NCBI GenBank assembly: GCA_965200315.1
Contig: OZ241362.1
Location: 2,304,001 to 2,368,000 of the forward strand
Source of the DNA: Candidatus Latescibacterota bacterium
GTDB lineage: Bacteria > Latescibacterota > UBA2968 > UBA8231
Length of the DNA: 64,000 nt
Direction: 5' to 3'
Positions 56,460 to 64,000 of the stretch are shown here, piece after piece (positions within the stretch are counted from its first letter, which is position 1; every line of letters begins with the position of its first letter). The position numbers and the translations under genes are program-made. Below the pieces are notes generated by a model. It did no database searches, was not told the origin of the DNA, and saw only the letters and a list, made by a program, of their open reading frames with translations.

Positions 56460-57890
56460 TCAATTTGCGGGCATCCGCATCCCTATCAGCCGCGTCCCTC
56501 GTTGACCCAGCACCCGTATCATAAACGCGTCTCCCGGCTCAATTTCCGCCAACGCATCCTCTAAGTCTTCCACCGTTTCCACCTGTTGGCGGTTGACCTC
56601 CTGAGTTTCCATCTGTTTGCGGTTGACCTCCTGAATGAGCAGTCCTCGGTGCAAACCCCGTCGTGCCGCCTCACTACCCCGTTTTACTCGGGCGACCAGA
56701 ACCCCGTTCTCGTCCTCGTATCCTAGACGCTGCGCTAGCTTATCGGTCAGTTCCTGGACCTTCAGGCCCAGCACCCCTTGTTCTGAGTCTGCATCATCGC
56801 GTGAGCGACCAGCGGCCAGCGCTTCCTCAGTCCGCAGCTCTAGCTCGACTTTAATGCGTTTCTCTTTGCCATCCCGCAACACCAGCAACTCGACTTCGGT
56901 CCCCGGTGCCGTGCGTCCAATCCGGTCGCGAAATTCGGTTAAGTTGCGCATGGGTTGGCCATCAATAGCAATTGCTATATCGCCAACCTTGACGCCTGCT
57001 TTGTCTGCTGCTCCTTCCGACACCACTTCAGCGATCACCACGCCATGATTGCGGTCCAGCCCCATAGTCTCAGCCACTAGCGGATCCAAGTTGGCAATAC
57101 TCACGCCGAGTAAGCCGCGCCGCACCTCCCCGTGCTCAACCAACTGCGCGACCACGTCCTTGACCAAGTTGATCGGAATGGCAAAGCCAAGACCTATATT
57201 GCCGCCGTTGCGGCTGACGATGGCCGTGTTGATTCCCACGAGCTCGCCGTGCAGGTTGACCAGCGCCCCGCCACTATTGCCTGGATTGATCGCCGCGTCG
57301 GTCTGGATAAAGGAGCCGTACTCGCCAAAGAAGCGCTTCCGTCCTAGCCCACTGACGATGCCGGTAGAAACCGAATGGGAAAACGTCATAGGGCTTCCTA
57401 TCGCTAGCACCCATTCGCCCTCCCGGATCTGGTCCGAATCACCCAGCACTACCGCCGGCAAATCTTTGGTATCGACCTTAAGCACGGCGATGTCGCTCAG
57501 GGAATCGCGGCCGATGACCTCGGCTTCAAAGAAGCGAGAATCCGTCATCTCGACGCGGATATTGTCGGCGTGGCGAATCACGTGGTTGTTGGTGATAATG
57601 TACTGATCGCCGTTGAAGTTGATGCTTACTCCCGAACCTTGCCCATCGCGTTCGCGTGGCTGGTCAGGTAATTCAAAGGAGTCCCCCCAAGGGATGCCGC
57701 GCAGGGGAGAGCGCCCTTCGACATTGACAGTGCCCTCTGTGGTGATTTTTACGACGCCGGGCTTGACCTGAGCTACGACCTCGGCAAAGCCGTCGCTCAT
57801 CTGACGCAGGAACTGCAAGTTCTCGCTAGCTTGGGCACTGCCAGCCACCGCGAGGCTTAGAATGAACAGGGAAAGGTACAACTTCCGCAT
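56460..57890 (-). CDS. DegP/DegQ (HtrA) serine protease with two PDZ domains
   Basis: GSG, TNNHVI, DIAVLK, IQTDAAINPGNSGGAL, GFAIP; signal peptide. Confidence 0.95.
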   Translation of the reverse strand: MRKLYLSLFILSLAVAGSAQASENLQFLRQMSDGFAEVVAQVKPGVVKITTEGTVNVEGRSPLRGIPWGDSFELPDQPRERDGQGSGVSINFNGDQYIITNNHVIRHADNIRVEMTDSRFFEAEVIGRDSLSDIAVLKVDTKDLPAVVLGDSDQIREGEWVLAIGSPMTFSHSVSTGIVSGLGRKRFFGEYGSFIQTDAAINPGNSGGALVNLHGELVGINTAIVSRNGGNIGLGFAIPINLVKDVVAQLVEHGEVRRGLLGVSIANLDPLVAETMGLDRNHGVVIAEVVSEGAADKAGVKVGDIAIAIDGQPMRNLTEFRDRIGRTAPGTEVELLVLRDGKEKRIKVELELRTEEALAAGRSRDDADSEQGVLGLKVQELTDKLAQRLGYEDENGVLVARVKRGSEAARRGLHRGLLIQEVNRKQMETQEVNRQQVETVEDLEDALAEIEPGDAFMIRVLGQRGTRLIGMRMPAN

Positions 57891-57960
57891 GGTATTTCCT
57901 CTCTGAAAAAGGGTTGAAAATACGGACATTTCTCAATATTCACAAAAAAGACGACAATCG

Positions 57961-60576
<2,616 letters not shown>

Positions 60577-60617
60577 GCCGGCTTCCTCCCAGAGTCGGTT
60601 TTGCCTGTCCGAATGAT

Positions 60618-60633
60618 TGCAAATACCGTACCA
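60618..60633 (-). promoter_or_regulatory. sigma54-type promoter of clpB
   Basis: Minus strand TGGTACG-GTAT-TTGCA about 40 bp upstream of the ATG. Confidence 0.65.
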
Positions 60634-60689
60634 GTGCCGATGCGTGTCTTTTTGGATGCTGGGTTATTTGAAATAGAGGCCCATATTGG

Positions 60690-60725
60690 AAAAATTGGCA
60701 CTGGACTGAAAAAATTGGCACTGGA
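60690..60725. repeat. 16-bp direct repeat with 20-bp period upstream of clpB (candidate activator sites)
   Basis: AAAAATTGGCACTGGA at 60690-60705 and 60710-60725. Confidence 0.8.
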
Positions 60726-61172
60726 ATTGCCTTTGGGAATGGCAGTCTGTCAGCTATAGGGAAATAGCTCGCATTGACTTTCTTCGCCTAAGATTTATGG
60801 GTAGCTCCTTTCCGTTACGGTAAATAGGCAGACTTCTCCATATCTCTGGGAGAACGTGAACAGGCCCGGCCCCGTTGGGGCCTCCCTGTTCACCTCGATC
60901 TAGAGATGTCTCATGCCTTCTTTTTTTATTTTTTCATAGCTATAAAGTTGAGCATCGTTCTGGCGTGGATGCTCCCTACCTCCCTTGGCAAGGGGATAGA
61001 TAGGCGAGAGACGACATCCGCGCTCGTGGGGAGGTGGGTCGCGGCTTACCTCCCCACACCTTCTTGCCGCTCGAGGGAGAACAAAGATCGACTCAGCGAA
61101 GCGTAAGGGCCTGACTGAGCCGGAACTTGCAGGAAATGCTGAAGGTCTGAAAATAGATGAGTCGGTGACAAT

Positions 61173-61589
61173 TCAATTTTCGTCCAGACCGATAGGCAAA
61201 GATCGAATGCGTATGCGGGCTTCCTCTAATACCACAATACTGCCCTGCAACAGTGCTTCCTCAAAACGGTCCAGATTGCTCAGCAGAAGCCGGAGTTGCT
61301 GTTCCGGCCACCACAATACTGCCCTGCAACAGTGCTTCCTCAAAAGGCGGGTCGTGTTACGCCTGAACAAGATGATAGAAGGTTGAACTGCATGGCGGGT
61401 AGCTAGCAGGGTGCCAAAATCGGTATCCGCCGAGATCACGACCAGACCCTCCCGAGCTGCACGGTCGAAGATGACGACATCGGCAGCGTCTTTTAGGCCC
61501 CAGTCGCGCACGTGCTCAGCCAGATAGCCAGCCTGCCGCAACCCCTCTTCCAGCTTAGGCGATAGGGCATTATCCACCAAAAATTTCAT
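61173..61589 (-). CDS. DUF5615 PIN-like toxin (VapC45-type) with 12-aa insertion
   Basis: [27 protein letters not shown]. Confidence 0.9.
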   Translation of the reverse strand: MKFLVDNALSPKLEEGLRQAGYLAEHVRDWGLKDAADVVIFDRAAREGLVVISADTDFGTLLATRHAVQPSIILFRRNTTRLLRKHCCRAVLWWPEQQLRLLLSNLDRFEEALLQGSIVVLEEARIRIRSLPIGLDEN

Positions 61590-61822
61590 CCCGTGCCGGT
61601 CAAGGGCAACACCTGCTCGCGCACTGCTTCGGCCGCATAGTTCAAGGCTTGGCGAATATCATCCGGTTCGAGGTCGGGATAGGCTTGGAGAATCTCCTGT
61701 TGGCTCATATTCTCGGCGACCATCCCCACGACGGTCGCCACCGGGATACGCAGTCCCCGAATACAGGGGATGCCCCCCATTTGAGCCGGGCTTACTGTGA
61801 TGCGCGTATATCTCATAGTCAT
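61586..61822 (-). CDS. DUF433 antitoxin (VapB45-type)
   Basis: [28 protein letters not shown]; ATGA overlap with the toxin. Confidence 0.92.
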   Translation of the reverse strand: MTMRYTRITVSPAQMGGIPCIRGLRIPVATVVGMVAENMSQQEILQAYPDLEPDDIRQALNYAAEAVREQVLPLTGTG

Positions 61823-61972
61823 AAGGCTCCTAGGCTGATAGATCGCTAGAACTTCCAAGACTACGCCCTAAGCGTCAACATCACCCTCTCGACATCGGCT
61901 TATTGAGGTTCACCAAACTCGATTTATAACGTTCCCGTACTGGCATTGGGGAGCTTAACCACTAACCGCGGT

Positions 61973-63415
61973 CTAGCCGAGACGCAAGCGAAAGAACATC
62001 ACAGAAACGGCAGTGCCCTTCGCTATTCCCGGTAAGAGGCCGCCGCGCATGGCGAGGCTGGCCTCTAAGAAACTGATCTGCACGGACGACAACACAAACG
62101 GGCCGAAAGCAAAGCCGACCGCCGAACTGCTGCTCCGCCCGCCCAGCGACAGGCCAATGCGAGCAGGCAACCAGTCCGCCAGCCAGTACTCGACCCCACC
62201 GGCTAGCCGCGGCCGAGCCCGCATCCCAAACTTAGAACTGAACGCTTGGTCCCAATTGCCAACCACCGTTAGCTGCGGCTTGGCCTGATAAGCTACTCCG
62301 AACCGCAGCGTGGCCGGTAGCGAGCGCGAGAACGGCTTTTGGCCGATCTGCTTGGTAAAGTCTGGATCGCCGTCGCCGTCGAAATCCGGGTTGTCGAAAA
62401 CTTCCTCAATGGACCGCGAGTCCGCGTCTAAAAAGCGGGAGATGCGCAATTCGTTGGTCGCGAGAAAAATGGAGTCTTGGCGCGCTCCCCTGCTCCAAGA
62501 GAATGTGTCGAGCAGGTTAAGCGCGCTGAAGCTGAAGGTCGTCTTGCGGTTTTTGCTGCGGCCAGCAATGCCGACATCGAGGCCAACGCCGAAGCCCATG
62601 CGGGCGTGCTGGGCAATCAGCCAAGCATCCGCCTCAGCACCGCCGACGCGAGCCACCAGCCCGGTGCCGCCGGATTCGATAATCTCTCCGTACGTGCCCA
62701 GCGAGAACTTGAGCGTACTGCCAACTGTGAACTCGCTTAGATAGGGCGCGAGGCGAACTGGCATCGCGGGCTTTGCAGCAGCGACATTGAGCGTACCCAC
62801 GGCCCATCCCGATCCATTCCAGTCGCTGACGTCGTACCCTTCGCTCCTGCCGGCTGCTAAGCGGTCTTCCGCAAACTCGTTGCCAAAAAAGAACAACTCC
62901 AACACGTCCTTGGGAATTTCGCTCTCCACCCCGCTGGTAAATCCCACGGCAATGGCCGAGCGCACTTCTCCGATGGCAAAGGCCACGCCCCCATTGATCG
63001 GGAGGCCCGCAACGAGCGTTGGCTCGATATCCCCGTTCATGCGCAGGCCCGCGTCTGGGATGTCGGCGAGCAGCTTTTTTTTCTCTACTGGGCTGATGTA
63101 GTAAGGGCTGCCGTTGGGAGACACCTTCTCGTTGGCGGCCGTGAAGTGGGCATTGTACGTGGCAACCGAAAAACTGTTGTTTTCGGCAACCAAGCAAAGG
63201 CCCACACCGAGCAAGTCCCAAGAAAACTTGCGGCTGTCCGCAAGCGCTAAATTCGCCGGATTCCAAAAGACGGCTTCCGGCCCGCGGGCCAAAGCCGTAT
63301 AAGCCTGGCCCAGCGCCATAGCCCGCGGGCTAGCGTCGCCGGGAACGGCAGCCATCTGCTCGTAGGCCCCGGCGACGAACAGGGCCGATAGAACGATCAA
63401 TCCCTTGCCTTGCAC
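61973..63415 (-). CDS. Outer-membrane beta-barrel protein (DUF5723/FadL/PorV-like)
   Basis: RAMALG.AYTA...FWNPANL, G.G.GLDVG, LP..LRFGVAY, GGVEY, P.RIG. Confidence 0.7.
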   Translation of the reverse strand: MQGKGLIVLSALFVAGAYEQMAAVPGDASPRAMALGQAYTALARGPEAVFWNPANLALADSRKFSWDLLGVGLCLVAENNSFSVATYNAHFTAANEKVSPNGSPYYISPVEKKKLLADIPDAGLRMNGDIEPTLVAGLPINGGVAFAIGEVRSAIAVGFTSGVESEIPKDVLELFFFGNEFAEDRLAAGRSEGYDVSDWNGSGWAVGTLNVAAAKPAMPVRLAPYLSEFTVGSTLKFSLGTYGEIIESGGTGLVARVGGAEADAWLIAQHARMGFGVGLDVGIAGRSKNRKTTFSFSALNLLDTFSWSRGARQDSIFLATNELRISRFLDADSRSIEEVFDNPDFDGDGDPDFTKQIGQKPFSRSLPATLRFGVAYQAKPQLTVVGNWDQAFSSKFGMRARPRLAGGVEYWLADWLPARIGLSLGGRSSSSAVGFAFGPFVLSSVQISFLEASLAMRGGLLPGIAKGTAVSVMFFRLRLG

Positions 63416-63422
63416 TTGTGCC

Positions 63423-64000
63423 CTACTTGACCAAGTCCTCGTTGAATTCCATGAAAATCACCGCCCCAGCTTCCACCGCGACGAAATCACTCGCCCGCAT
63501 CACTACCTCGCGCGGCATCTTGTCCAGCTCGACCAGCATACCTGTATAGACGCCGGCTTCCCGCAGAAATACCTGCACGTCTTCGCCGGCGAGCGCGATC
63601 CGTTGGTGGCTGAATGCACTTGCCACAACCTGCCCTTCGGGACCGACATCGCCGGCCCCTACCGCAAAGAAACCCTGCTTGGGAATCCGCAAATAGCCGT
63701 TGGCCTCGTTGTCGGTGAATAGATCTTGGCTGCCGTACACATCTTCGACCCTCGGCGCGACCCACAGGCTGACGCGGATGGCGGTGGGCAGGTGATTTTC
63801 AATCGCAGTAACTGCGACAGCACTGTCGAGGCTGGCGTGGATGCGGCGGCGGGCATCGTCGTCTTGGAAGCGCCGAAAGATCGGAGCGAACTCAATGCGG
63901 GTGTCTTCTTCTAGCTGAAAATGGCCCTGCGTGGCAAAGCGCACGTGGTCGATCTGCACCCAATGACTGGAATCGATCACTTCTGAGGACTCGCCGTCGC
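63423..64000 (-). CDS. Hypothetical protein, start lies beyond the window
   Basis: Frame open to the window edge; ends just upstream of the OM barrel gene. Confidence 0.65.
   Translation of the reverse strand, partial: DGESSEVIDSSHWVQIDHVRFATQGHFQLEEDTRIEFAPIFRRFQDDDARRRIHASLDSAVAVTAIENHLPTAIRVSLWVAPRVEDVYGSQDLFTDNEANGYLRIPKQGFFAVGAGDVGPEGQVVASAFSHQRIALAGEDVQVFLREAGVYTGMLVELDKMPREVVMRASDFVAVEAGAVIFMEFNEDLVK

Noticed and set aside
60695-60730. CIRCE (HrcA) operator upstream of clpB
   Set aside because: TTGGCACTG half-sites are direct repeats; there is no inverted partner at 9-bp spacing.
61231-61345. CRISPR array call for the 36-bp repeat pair
   Set aside because: Lies inside a coding gene, one copy is ordinary in-frame toxin sequence, only two units, no cas genes.

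Overview
GC-rich bacterial chromosome segment with no rRNA, tRNA, cas or intact transposase genes. The secreted proteins with FlgD-Ig/CHU_C-like tails and TAVExx(S/T)W(A/G)xIK C-termini suggest an FCB-group lineage such as Latescibacterota (inference only). Contents in order: (1) 1-5.8 kb: glk, a SelA-like PLP enzyme, glyA and a eukaryote-type xylulokinase. (2) 6-26 kb: a + strand cell-envelope locus of PPIase, CBM9-like secreted protein, lipoprotein, three paralogous FlgD-Ig/CHU_C-tailed proteins, an ~885-aa putative outer-membrane protein, CRTAC1/ASPIC-UnbV, TPR, ComEA-like HhH, an enolase-superfamily pseudogene and a sugar ABC transporter. (3) 26-34 kb: a - strand run with a Tm-1-like UPF0261/cupin/TIM-barrel trio and copA. 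(4) 34-43.5 kb: an accessory patch with an AT-rich STAND NTPase-TPR-HEPN gene, a temptin-like CxxCH protein, a Rieske fusion, MITEs/REPs, and a SLATT-like gene + Pro/Lys micropeptide + glycine-zipper gene pair behind a 38-bp repeat-spacer-repeat. (5) 43.5-64 kb: cusCBA-like copper efflux with a Cys-rich leader ORF, hemH, degP-like, clpB with a sigma54-type promoter, a DUF433/DUF5615 TA pair carrying a 36-bp templated insertion, and an OM-barrel gene. Best candidates for undescribed systems: the STAND-TPR-HEPN protein with a C-terminal effector, the 40.7-43.0 kb membrane-effector island, and the 6-22 kb secreted-protein/OM locus. All assignments come from motif reading by eye; no database searches were run.
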